A stretch of DNA of 32,000 nucleotides from Haloferax volcanii DS2 (GTDB lineage Archaea; Halobacteriota; Halobacteria; Halobacteriales; Haloferacaceae). The stretch spans positions 780,001-812,000 of the forward strand of contig NC_013967.1 of assembly GCF_000025685.1 (NCBI RefSeq), in the 5' to 3' direction. The notes beneath the pieces were generated by a model. That model was given only the letters and a program-made list of their open reading frames with translations. It did not search any database and was not told the origin of the DNA. The translations under genes and the position numbers were made by a program. Below are positions 7,901 to 15,542 of the stretch, in pieces (positions within the stretch are counted from its first letter, which is position 1; each line of letters opens with the position of its first letter).

Positions 7901-9500
7901 GGATGTAGTCGATAGGCGGGTTCGACACCTGCGCGAACAGCTGCTTGAAGTAGGTAAACAGCGGGCGGTTGAGGTCCGACAGCACCGAAAGCGGCGTGTC
8001 GTCGCCCATCGAGCCGACGGGGTCCTTACCGTCGCGGGCCATCGGCTCTATCATGTGGTTGAGCTGGTCGTGCGTGTAGCCGAACGCCGCCTGCGTCGCG
8101 CGGAGCGACTCGACCTGTCCGCGCGAGGTGGAGTCGGTGTCGCCGGCGATGTCGTCGAGATGGCGCTGCTGTTGGTCGACCCACTCGCCGTACTTCTCGT
8201 CGGTGAGGGAGTCGAACACCTCGGCGTCGGGGATGACGCGGCCCTCCTCGGGATCGGCCATGAAGATCTCGCCGGGCTGGAGGCGACCGCGGGATTCGAG
8301 TTCCGCGGGGTCGGTGTCGAGCGCGCCGACCTCGCTGGCGACGATGAGGCGGCCGTCGGTCGTCACCTCGTAGCGACACGGACGGAGGCCGTTGCGGTCG
8401 AGGACGGCGGCGATGCGGTCGCCGTCGGTCGCCGCGACGAGCGCGGGACCGTCCCACGGCTCGACGAGCGAGGCGTGGAAGTCGTACCAGTCGCGGCGCG
8501 CTTGGTCCATCGCGTCGTCGTTGCGGTACGCCTCGGGGATGAGCATCCGCAGGACGTGCGGGAGTTCGCGGCCGCTCTTGAGGAGCAGTTCGACCACGTT
8601 GTCCACGCTCGCGGTGTCGGACTGGTCGGCCTTCGTGATGGGCATGAGCGTCTCGATGTCGTCGCCGAAGGCCTCGTGCTGGAGGTCCGTCTCGCGGGCG
8701 CGCATCCAGTTGACGTTGCCGCGGATGGTGTTTATCTCGCCGTTGTGGATGACCTGGCGGTACGGGTGGGCGAGATGCCACGCGCCGAGCGTGTTGGTGG
8801 AGAATCGCGCGTGAACGAGCGCGAGTTCGGTCACCATCCGCTCGTCGCTGAGGTCGGGGTAGTAGTTCGGGAGCTGTTCGGCCGTGAGCAGTCCCTTGTA
8901 GACGATGGTCTTGCGGTCGAGCGAGCAGACGTAGAACCGTCCCGCGCCCTCGATAGCGAGGTCGTCGACCGCCTTCTCTGCGGCTCGGCGGGCGAGGTAC
9001 AGCGCCCGGTCGAACTCGTCTACGGTCATCCCGTCGGCCGGCTCGACGAACAGTTGCCAGACGTCGGGCTCCGATTCGAGCGCGGTCGCGCCGAGGTCGG
9101 CGTTGTCGGTCGGCACGTCGCGCCAGTCGAACACGGAGAGCCCGTGGTCGGCCAGCGAGTCCTCGACAACCGCCGAAACGCGCTCGCGAACCTCGTCGTC
9201 GGTCGGCATGAACACCGAACCTGCCGCGTAGAGGTCCGGAAGCTCGGATTCGAGGACGGCTTCGAAGAACTCGTCGGGTCGTTGCAGCAGGATACCCGCC
9301 CCGTCCCCGGTGTTTTCCTCAGCGCCCGTGGTGCCGCGGTGCTCGAGGTTCTCCAGGAGTTCGAGGCTGTCTGCGACGACTCGGTGCGAAGCGCCGTTTT
9401 CGAGGTCTACGACGGCCCCAACGCCGCAGTTCGACCGCTCGTCGGTCGGGTCGGCTAACCCGTCCTGAGCGAAGGGTGCGTCTATGTGTGGCTTGGTCAT
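4965..9500 (-). CDS. gltB: Glutamate synthase large subunit (single large GltB-type polypeptide)
   Basis: 1511 aa. N-terminal Ntn amidotransferase start (..ERSNCGVGAVVDL..), a central domain, an FMN-binding domain (..GGTGASP..), and a C-terminal GXGXG beta-helix domain (..VGDHGCEYMTGG..). Confidence 0.95.
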   Translation of the reverse strand: MTKPHIDAPFAQDGLADPTDERSNCGVGAVVDLENGASHRVVADSLELLENLEHRGTTGAEENTGDGAGILLQRPDEFFEAVLESELPDLYAAGSVFMPTDDEVRERVSAVVEDSLADHGLSVFDWRDVPTDNADLGATALESEPDVWQLFVEPADGMTVDEFDRALYLARRAAEKAVDDLAIEGAGRFYVCSLDRKTIVYKGLLTAEQLPNYYPDLSDERMVTELALVHARFSTNTLGAWHLAHPYRQVIHNGEINTIRGNVNWMRARETDLQHEAFGDDIETLMPITKADQSDTASVDNVVELLLKSGRELPHVLRMLIPEAYRNDDAMDQARRDWYDFHASLVEPWDGPALVAATDGDRIAAVLDRNGLRPCRYEVTTDGRLIVASEVGALDTDPAELESRGRLQPGEIFMADPEEGRVIPDAEVFDSLTDEKYGEWVDQQQRHLDDIAGDTDSTSRGQVESLRATQAAFGYTHDQLNHMIEPMARDGKDPVGSMGDDTPLSVLSDLNRPLFTYFKQLFAQVSNPPIDYIREKLVTSLESRLGRQRNLLDESPEHARQLVLDSPVLTDAETAAIKDLDDDIRSEVVDITYEKGGDIREAIEAVRDEAKAVIEDGADIVVLSDRAVGPDRVAIPSLLATGAVHHSLVRNGLRNHAGLVVESGDPREVHHLATLVGYGAGAVNPYLAYQTIEDVVTGPDGADEGEAIDAYVHALEDGLLKTMAKMGISTVESYRGAQIFEAVGLESDFVAEYFEGTEIRTEGIGLDVIEEDLLTRHAAAFGADPKLERQGEYENRSAGIHHGWNPQTVGTLQQSVRAGDYEKYKEFAELVNDQSKQLKALRGLLEFDSDREPVDIDEVEPVEDIVKRFSTAAMSLGSLSPEAHENNSIAMNRIGGKSNSGEGGEPPERFGTEKECNVKQVASGRFGVTSHYLSSADEIQIKMAQGSKPGEGGHLPGKKVNEMIAHVRYATPGVGLISPPPLHDIYSIEDLKQLIFDLKSANPDADINVKLVSEAGIGTIAAGVSKAKADVVHISGYDGGTGASPKTSIKNAGLPWELGLAEANQMLRATGLRSRIRVSVDGGMKTGRDVAVAALLGGEEYVFGTASLVTSGCVMARQCHENTCPVGVATQDENLRRRFPGEPDHVINYMTFIAQELREIMADLGFTSLDEMIGRLSLLRQVETDHEKAKHLDLSSVLAEPETGARRKTEAQVHADIETHVDHKLIDEAADAIENREPVVIRRDLSNVDRAVGAMLSNRISNAHGGEGLPDDTIRCEFDGIAGQTFGGFLARGVTMRLTGAANDYVGKGLSGGRVIVDTPAEANYEAAENILIGNVALYGATQGECYVNGLAGERFGVRNSGVKAVVEGVGDHGCEYMTGGVVAVLGETGRNFAAGMSGGVAYVYDPDDEFAAKANTEMVTLEDHLDDKDEAMLTRLVENHRTYTDSDRAAELLDDWQSVLGDFVKVMPDAYAEVIAEDGREDVRNELPAKAGAIVDAGADRVGAATTSDD

Positions 9501-9564
9501 ACGCCAATAGTACGGCTACCCGCATAAGCAACTTTTCCTGAAACCATAAGGGTGTTACAATGTC

Positions 9565-9586
9565 ATATAAGGATGTATCCATACAT
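9565..9586 (-). promoter_or_regulatory. Perfect palindrome ATGTAT-GG-ATACAT abutting a TTATAT TATA-like box upstream of gltB
   Basis: The minus strand reads ATGTATGGATACAT-CC-TTATAT. The palindrome is at 9573-9586 and the TATA-like hexamer at 9565-9570, 64 nt upstream of the gltB ATG. It lies in a 157-bp AT-rich spacer. Confidence 0.35.
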
Positions 9587-9657
9587 AGTATGGGGACTAA
9601 TGATGATTCGACGGACGACGAAAAATATGAACAATCGTGTAAAATCCGGCGGCCGGT

Positions 9658-11124
9658 TCAGTAGGACTTCGCGAAGTACGCCGTCTCCTCGGCGTCGTCG
9701 CCGCAGACCGCGCAGTTCTCGCCGTCGTGAATCTCCGCGTCCTCGTCGTTCAGGGGCACCATGACGATTTCGGCGGCGATTTGCTCCTTAATCTCGTCCT
9801 CGCAGGCCTCGTCTCCGCACCACGGCGCTTTCACGTAGCCGCCGTGCTGGCCGATGGTGCCGAGAATCTCGTTGCGCTCGGACGCCTCGCGGACGTTTTC
9901 TTCGAGGTTCTCCTCCGCGGCGGCGTAGAGCTTCGCGTACACTTCGTCGAACTGCGCTTGGACGGCTTCAGCGATGTTCTCGCGGTCGAGTTCGACCGAA
10001 TCGCCGTCGGGGCGGTGGACGGCCGTGACGACGTCGTCGTCGACCTCGTTCGGGCCGATTTCGAAGCGGACGGGGACGCCCTTGAGCTCCCACTCGTTGA
10101 ACTTGAAGCCGGGGTTGCGCTCGTCGCGGGCGTCGAGTTCGACGCGGACGCCCGCGTCTTCGAGGTCTTCGGCGATGTCCTTGGCGTAGTCGAGGACCTT
10201 CTCCTGCGTGTCGGCCTGCCAGATGGGGACGATGACGACCTGCTCGGGCGCGATGGTCGGCGGCAGGACGAGGCCCTGGTCGTCGGAGTGCGTCATGATG
10301 AGCGCGCCGAGCGAGCGCCACGACAGCCCCCACGAGGTCGTGTGGGCGGGCTCTTCGTCCTCGTCTTCGGTCGTGTAGGTGAGGTCGAACGCCTCTGCGA
10401 AGGAGGTGCCGAGGTAGTGGGAGGTGCCGGCCTGCACGGACTTGCCGTCGGGCATGAGCGCCTCGACGGTCGTCGTCGTGTCCGCGCCGGGGAACTTGTC
10501 GTGTTCCGGCTTCGCGCCGCGGAGCACGGGGATGGCGAGCACGTCCTCGTAGAGCGACTGGTACTGCGAGAGGCGGGTCATCGTCTCGTCCCACGCGCCG
10601 TCGCGGGTCTCGTGGGCCGTGTGACCTTCCTGCCAGAGGAACTCCTTGGTGCGGAAGAACGGCTTCGTCTCGGTCGCTTCCCAGCGCACGACGGAGGCCC
10701 ACTGGTTCACGCGGAGCGGGAGGTCGCGGTGGCTACGGACCCACTGGGCCATGTAGGGCGCGATGATGGACTCGGAGGTCGGGCGGACGGCGAGGCGCTC
10801 TTCGAGTTCCTCGTGGCCGCCGTGGGTGACCCACGCCACCTCGGGGTCGAACCCCTCGACGATGTCCTTCTCGCGTTCGAGGTAGCTCTCGGGGATAAAC
10901 AGCGGGAAGTACGCGTTCTGGACGCCCGTCTTCTTGAACTCGCCGTCGAGGTAGTTCTGGATGGACTCCCACAGCGCGTAGCCGCGCGGGCGAGTCACGA
11001 TGAAACCGCTCATGCCCTCCGGGCCGTAGTTCGCGAGGCCCGCCTTCTGGACGACCTCGGCGTACCACTCGCCGGTGTTGTACTGCTTCGACTCGGTGAT
11101 TCCGAGTTCCTGCTCGTCGCTCAT
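9658..11124 (-). CDS. proS: Prolyl-tRNA synthetase (archaeal/eukaryotic type)
   Basis: 488 aa counted from MSDEQELGITESKQYNTGEWYAEVVQKAGL. Class II aaRS motifs are present, along with the C-terminal zinc module ending ..AYFAKSY. The 37 codons upstream in the track ORF are Arg-rich and non-acidic, and a TATA-like element sits 25 nt upstream of the ATG at 11124. Confidence 0.9.
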   Translation of the reverse strand: MSDEQELGITESKQYNTGEWYAEVVQKAGLANYGPEGMSGFIVTRPRGYALWESIQNYLDGEFKKTGVQNAYFPLFIPESYLEREKDIVEGFDPEVAWVTHGGHEELEERLAVRPTSESIIAPYMAQWVRSHRDLPLRVNQWASVVRWEATETKPFFRTKEFLWQEGHTAHETRDGAWDETMTRLSQYQSLYEDVLAIPVLRGAKPEHDKFPGADTTTTVEALMPDGKSVQAGTSHYLGTSFAEAFDLTYTTEDEDEEPAHTTSWGLSWRSLGALIMTHSDDQGLVLPPTIAPEQVVIVPIWQADTQEKVLDYAKDIAEDLEDAGVRVELDARDERNPGFKFNEWELKGVPVRFEIGPNEVDDDVVTAVHRPDGDSVELDRENIAEAVQAQFDEVYAKLYAAAEENLEENVREASERNEILGTIGQHGGYVKAPWCGDEACEDEIKEQIAAEIVMVPLNDEDAEIHDGENCAVCGDDAEETAYFAKSY

Positions 11125-11149
11125 TGCCCATCGGTAGCCGCAGCGAACC

Positions 11150-11155
11150 CTTAAA
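11150..11155 (-). promoter_or_regulatory. TATA-like TTTAAG for proS
   Basis: The minus-strand TTTAAG ends 25 nt before the proS ATG (11124). Confidence 0.45.
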
Positions 11156-11266
11156 CGCCCCGAAGGTGCCGGCGCGCCGCCCCGCCGCGCAGACCACCTC
11201 TCGTCGACGACGGTCGGCGGTTCCGGCGGACGCATAGATACATATCGCCGGCTATCCTACCAGTAC

Positions 11267-11784
11267 GTGGTGGTTGGCGTGCTAACAATGGACACAATTG
11301 TAAGCGGCGAACGGCCGACTCCTCGGGAGGGGACGGTCCGAATCGAACTGTGGGTTCCGAGCGGGCGGCGCGCGGAGTTCACACCGGTCATCGACCGACT
11401 GGACGACGCCGTCGAGCGCGGCCTTATCGAGGAGTACACCGTCGAGACGTGGGACCGGTTCGTGGACCTTTCGGGGAGCCTGAGTCCGCGCGAGCGACGC
11501 GTCCGCGACCGGCTCGCGTCGTACGCCCAGTGGGCGGCGACACACGGCGAGCGGCTGACGGGATTAGGCGACCTCGGCGTGCGTGGCGTCGGACGGATGG
11601 GCCCGGAGCGGCTGACGCGGCGACCCCGCGGGCGGTCGTGGCAGAGTACGAAAACGGCGTACTCGCGCACGTGACAGCGTGCGAGGAGTGCGTCGGCGCG
11701 TTCCGTGGACGGCTCCGCGACCTCGACTCGGAACACGAACGCGAGTCCGAAACCTCGTCGGAGCCGGTTCGTATCGAGTGGTAA
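11267..11784 (+). pseudogene. Conserved haloarchaeal small acidic protein whose coding signal switches frame (-1) near 11617-11623; this could be a frameshifted gene, an assembly indel or a recoding site
   Basis: Frame A (11267/11288 onward) gives an acidic, protein-like N-terminal part: ..VRIELWVPSGRRAEFTPVIDRLDDAVERGLIEEYTVETWDRFVDLSG..RLASYAQWAATHGERL... It then decays into a basic tail (RRPRGRSWQSTKTAYSRT*). Frame B (track ORF 11350-11784) is Arg-rich junk until about 11620 and then becomes acidic and protein-like: ..TPRAVVAEYENGVLAHVTACEECVGAFRGRLRDLDSEHERESETSSEPVRIEW*. From memory, the joined product matches the layout of a haloarchaeal family often labelled HTH domain-containing protein. 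Confidence 0.5.
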
Positions 11785-11801
11785 GACGCGACTCGAACCT
11801 C

Positions 11802-11806
11802 TTTTT
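11802..11806 (+). terminator. T5 run downstream of the 11267-11784 gene
   Basis: cctcTTTTTcgcg lies 18 nt after the stop codon, in the convergent gap. Archaeal termination commonly uses oligo-T. Confidence 0.25.
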
Positions 11807-11826
11807 CGCGCGACGCCGTCCGGTGG

Positions 11827-12306
11827 TCAGCGCCGACTGTCGAACGGCGAGTCACCCTCGCGCCACGACCACCCCGGCAGGCGGGTCTGAAACCCCGCGG
11901 CGAGCGCGGCATCGAGGTCGTCGCGTCCGGCGGGACCGTCGGTGTGGACGGCCACGTCCGCGAAGTGGAACGTCGCCTGCGCGAGCAGTCGAAGCGGTTC
12001 GCCGCCGGCGATGGTCGCCGCGAGTTCGCGGCCGAGCACCTCGTCCACGACGAACCCGGGATAGTCGTCCTGCACGTCCAACTGTTTGAGGATGCGCACG
12101 TAGGCCGCGACGTTGACGCCGACCTCGCCGTCGGCGAACACCGCGTCGACCGCCTCGCGGTAGGCCGCCTCGTCGACCGCGCTGACGCGCGTGTCGAACT
12201 GCTCGCCGAGTCGCCGTCGCGTCTCGTTGATGAGCGGGACGACCACGTCCGCACGCGCTCGAACCCAGTCGTGTTCCGCCGAGACGGCCGCCGGTGTGAG
12301 TTCCAT
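11827..12306 (-). CDS. Hypothetical acidic protein (159 aa)
   Basis: Starts at MELTPAAVSAEHDWVRARADVVVPLINETRRRLGEQFD.. and has an acidic, haloarchaeal-type composition. The upstream 37 codons of the track ORF (MYLDCGKRQGKPAYP..) look non-coding. I recognise no family. Confidence 0.55.
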   Translation of the reverse strand: MELTPAAVSAEHDWVRARADVVVPLINETRRRLGEQFDTRVSAVDEAAYREAVDAVFADGEVGVNVAAYVRILKQLDVQDDYPGFVVDEVLGRELAATIAGGEPLRLLAQATFHFADVAVHTDGPAGRDDLDAALAAGFQTRLPGWSWREGDSPFDSRR

Positions 12307-12554
12307 GGTCGTCGGTCGGCCCCGAGACGCTTCGGCTTTGCGAAGGGTTTTATACTGGCGACATGGTACTGTCGGGTAAGCGGGTTTTCCCTGCCTCTTC
12401 CCGCAGTCGAGATACAACCGTATTCAGTTCACTATGCTCTCTCCGCAGTCGGCCGAGACTGGCACTCGTACACGTGGACCGGCTCGCGTCGACGCTCCTG
12501 AGGTAGGGGTTCCCGAGACCTGCCGGCGCAGGACCGGACGGGTCGCTCGTAACT

Positions 12555-14477
12555 ATGAGCTCCGTAGATAAACAACTCGAGAATCTGAAGGCAGAGATTA
12601 CGAACGAACTCCCCCGCGACATCTCGGTTTCCGACGTCAAGTACGAGGGTCCCGAACTCGTCGTCTACACGCGCGACCCGAAGAAGTTCGCTCAGAACGG
12701 CGACCTCATCCGGAAACTCGCGAGTAAGCTCCGAAAGCGAATCACGGTTCGCCCGGACCCGGACGTGCTGTCCGACCCCCGCGAGGCCGAACCCAAAATT
12801 CTGAGCGTCATCCCCGAGGAGGCCGGCGTCACCGACCTCGACTTCCACATCGACACCGGCGAAGTCGTCATCGAGGCCGAGAAACCGGGCATGGTCATCG
12901 GCCGCCACGGCTCGACGCTCCGCGAAATCACGCAGAAAGTCGGCTGGACGCCCGAAGTCGTCCGCACTCCCCCCATCGAATCCTCGACGGTTTCGAACGT
13001 CCGCAACTTCCTGAAGCAGGAACGCGAGGACCGCCGGCGCATCCTCGAACGCACCGGCCGGCAGATTCACCGCGAGCAGCTCTCGGACGACGAGTGGGTC
13101 CGCATCACGACCCTCGGCTGCTGCCGCGAGGTCGGCCGCGCGTCTTTCATCGTCTCGACGCCAGAGACCCGAATCCTCGTCGACTGCGGCGACAAGCCCG
13201 GCTCCGACGACGTGCCGTATCTGCAGGTCCCCGAGGCGCTCGGGTCGGGCGCGAACTCGCTCGACGCGGTCGTCCTCACCCACGCTCACCTCGACCACTC
13301 GGCGCTCATCCCGCTTCTGTTCAAGTACGGCTACGACGGCCCCATCTACACGACCGAGCCGACCCGCGACCTCATGGGCCTGCTCACGCTCGACTACCTC
13401 GACGTCGCCTCGAAGGAGGGACGCACCCCGCCGTACGAGTCCGAGATGGTTCGCGAGGCCATCAAGCACACCATCCCGCTTGAGTACGGCGACGTGACCG
13501 ACATCGCGCCCGACGTGAAGCTCACGTTCCACAACGCGGGTCACATCCTCGGCTCCGCCGTCTCGCACTTCCACATCGGTGACGGCCTCTACAACGTCGC
13601 GTTCTCCGGCGACATCCACTACGAGGACACCCGCCTGTTCAACGGCGCGGTCAACGACTTCCCGCGCGTGGAGACGCTCGTCCTCGAATCGACCTACGGC
13701 GGCCGCAACGACTACCAGACCGACCAGCAGGACTCCGAGGAGCGCCTCATCGAGGTCATCAACGAGACGTACGACCGCGGCGGCAAGGTCGTCATCCCGG
13801 CGTTCGCCGTCGGTCGCTCACAGGAGATTATGCTCGTCCTCGAAGAGGCGATGCGCTCCGGCAAGATTCCGGAGATGCCCGTCCACCTCGACGGGATGAT
13901 CTGGGAGGCGACGGCCATCCACACGACCTACCCCGAGTACCTCCGCGACGACCTCCGCGACCGCATCTTCCACGAGGACGAAAACCCGTTCCTCGCCGAG
14001 GAGTTCAACCACATCGACGGCGGCGAAGAGGAGCGACAGGACGTCGCCGACGGCGACCAGGCCATCATCCTCTCGACCTCCGGGATGGTCACCGGCGGCC
14101 CCATCATGTCGTGGCTCCGCCACGTCGGTCCCGACCCGAAGTCCCGGCTGGTCTTCGTCGGCTACCAGGCGCAGGGGACGCTCGGCCGCCGCATCCAGAA
14201 CGGCTGGGACGAGATTCCGGTCAACGGCCGCGACAGCATGGGCCGGTCGGACACGCTGAAGCTCAAGATGGACGTGGAGACGGTCGACGGCTTCTCCGGT
14301 CACGCCGACCGGCAGGGCCTCGAAAACTTCGTCAAGACGATGAACCCGCGCCCGGAGAAGGTGCTGTGCGTCCACGGTGACGAGCGCTCCGTACAGGACC
14401 TCTCGTCGGCGCTCTACCACGACTACAACATGCGGACGTTCGCGCCGAAGAACCTCGAAACGTTCCGCTTCAAGTAA
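12555..14477 (+). CDS. aCPSF1/FttA beta-CASP ribonuclease (two KH domains, metallo-beta-lactamase and beta-CASP); archaeal transcription termination factor
   Basis: 640 aa. N-terminal KH region (..VVIEAEKPGMVIGRHGSTLREI..), the MBL motif THAHLDHSA, and beta-CASP/RMMBL C-terminal motifs (..GFSGHAD.., ..VHGDE..). Confidence 0.95.
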   Translation: MSSVDKQLENLKAEITNELPRDISVSDVKYEGPELVVYTRDPKKFAQNGDLIRKLASKLRKRITVRPDPDVLSDPREAEPKILSVIPEEAGVTDLDFHIDTGEVVIEAEKPGMVIGRHGSTLREITQKVGWTPEVVRTPPIESSTVSNVRNFLKQEREDRRRILERTGRQIHREQLSDDEWVRITTLGCCREVGRASFIVSTPETRILVDCGDKPGSDDVPYLQVPEALGSGANSLDAVVLTHAHLDHSALIPLLFKYGYDGPIYTTEPTRDLMGLLTLDYLDVASKEGRTPPYESEMVREAIKHTIPLEYGDVTDIAPDVKLTFHNAGHILGSAVSHFHIGDGLYNVAFSGDIHYEDTRLFNGAVNDFPRVETLVLESTYGGRNDYQTDQQDSEERLIEVINETYDRGGKVVIPAFAVGRSQEIMLVLEEAMRSGKIPEMPVHLDGMIWEATAIHTTYPEYLRDDLRDRIFHEDENPFLAEEFNHIDGGEEERQDVADGDQAIILSTSGMVTGGPIMSWLRHVGPDPKSRLVFVGYQAQGTLGRRIQNGWDEIPVNGRDSMGRSDTLKLKMDVETVDGFSGHADRQGLENFVKTMNPRPEKVLCVHGDERSVQDLSSALYHDYNMRTFAPKNLETFRFK

Positions 14478-14514
14478 CGGACTGCGTTCTCCGTTCGGCA
14501 GTTATCCTGTCTAT

Positions 14515-14530
14515 CTGGTATAAGTACCAG
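14515..14530 (+). promoter_or_regulatory. Palindrome CTGGTA-TAAG-TACCAG containing a TATAAG TATA box for the pilin-like gene
   Basis: TATAAG (14519-14524) ends 24 nt before the ATG at 14549. The 6-bp arms are perfect complements. Confidence 0.45.
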
Positions 14531-14548
14531 CAGGTCGATAGAATCTCG

Positions 14549-14959
14549 ATGAGTATTCTCAATCGAAACCCTGACGGGAGTCGCATCCCCGTTATTGTCG
14601 CTATCGTCATCGTTGGAATTATCTTCGTCATCGTTGGCGCGGTGGTACTCGCGGCGGTGTTGGGAACCTTCGCACTCAGCACGGGCGAACAGGCGGGTTC
14701 CACCCCGTCCGTGTCATTTCAGTTCGGCGTCAGCGACGGAACGGCGACGATAGCACACGCTGGCGGTGACTCGTTTTCGGCCGGAGAGATGCTTGTGGTC
14801 GCCGGCGACTCCGAACAGTCGTGGGCGTCGCTGTCGGGAGCAGACGGAACCGTAGCAGAGGGCGATTCGATTTCGTTCGACGTTGCGAGCGGCGAGACCG
14901 TCGAACTCGTCTACGTGGGTGGGGACGGACGCGAACTCGTCGGTCGGTTTAGCGCGTAG
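14549..14959 (+). CDS. Archaeal type IV pilin-like protein (DUF1628-type N-terminal domain)
   Basis: 136 aa. Short charged N-terminus, then a hydrophobic helix (IPVIVAIVIVGIIFVIVGAVVLAAVLGTFAL). This is followed by ..PSVSFQFGVSDGTATIAHAGGDSFSAGEMLVV.., which matches the DUF1628 layout. Confidence 0.65.
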   Translation: MSILNRNPDGSRIPVIVAIVIVGIIFVIVGAVVLAAVLGTFALSTGEQAGSTPSVSFQFGVSDGTATIAHAGGDSFSAGEMLVVAGDSEQSWASLSGADGTVAEGDSISFDVASGETVELVYVGGDGRELVGRFSA

Positions 14960-14990
14960 TCAACCCCACGAACGAACTTCGATTGGCGAA

Positions 14991-14997
14991 CATTAAT
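14991..14997 (+). promoter_or_regulatory. TATA-like CATTAAT for mgsA
   Basis: Ends 25 nt before the ATG at 15023. This supports that ATG as the start rather than the GTG at 15014. Confidence 0.45.
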
Positions 14998-15022
14998 CAG
15001 TACTCTCGAACGAGTGTTTGCT

Positions 15023-15406
15023 ATGCGTCTCGCACTTATTGCGCACGACGAGAAGAAGCCGGACCTCATCTCCTTCGCCGAGGAGCGGCAGGACGACCTC
15101 GAACGCTTCGAACTCATGGCGACGGGCACGACCGGCCAGCGACTCATCGACGCCACGGGGCTCGACATCGAGCGCAAGCAGTCCGGGCCGCTCGGCGGCG
15201 ACATGCAAATCGGCGCGGAGATCGCGAGCGAGACCTGCGACGGCGTCATCTTCCTCCGCGACCCGCTGACCGCCCAGCCCCACGAACCGGACATCACCGC
15301 CCTGCTCCGCATCTGCGACGTCCACCAGACGCCGCTTGCGACCAACCTCGCCAGCGCCGACGCCGTCCTCGACGAACTCATCCGACAGCTCGACGGCGAG
15401 GAGTAG
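15023..15406 (+). CDS. mgsA: Methylglyoxal synthase
   Basis: 127 aa. [64 protein letters not shown] shows the conserved MGS motifs. Confidence 0.9.
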   Translation: MRLALIAHDEKKPDLISFAEERQDDLERFELMATGTTGQRLIDATGLDIERKQSGPLGGDMQIGAEIASETCDGVIFLRDPLTAQPHEPDITALLRICDVHQTPLATNLASADAVLDELIRQLDGEE

Positions 15407-15509
15407 TCACCGGAACCGAGCCGCGTCGGGACCGAACCGCGCCGCGACCCGCGCGTCCATCGCCTCGTTTCGCTTCGAGAGGCGGTATCACGCCTGAGAA
15501 TCGCGGCGT

Positions 15510-15518
15510 ATCCTTAAT
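15510..15518 (+). promoter_or_regulatory. TATA element ATCCTTAAT for the secreted-protein gene
   Basis: Ends 24 nt before the ATG at 15543. The same 9-mer with the same 24-nt spacing occurs at 29918-29926. Confidence 0.5.
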
Positions 15519-15542
15519 TAGCAGCGCACCGGAGGCGACGGT

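Noticed and set aside
11125-11235. 37-codon N-terminal extension of proS in the track ORF (MRPPEPPTVVDERW..)
   Set aside because: The extension is basic and unlike the acidic body of the protein. A TATA-like element is phased 25 nt from the internal ATG at 11124, and MSDEQELGI.. is the usual ProRS N-terminus.
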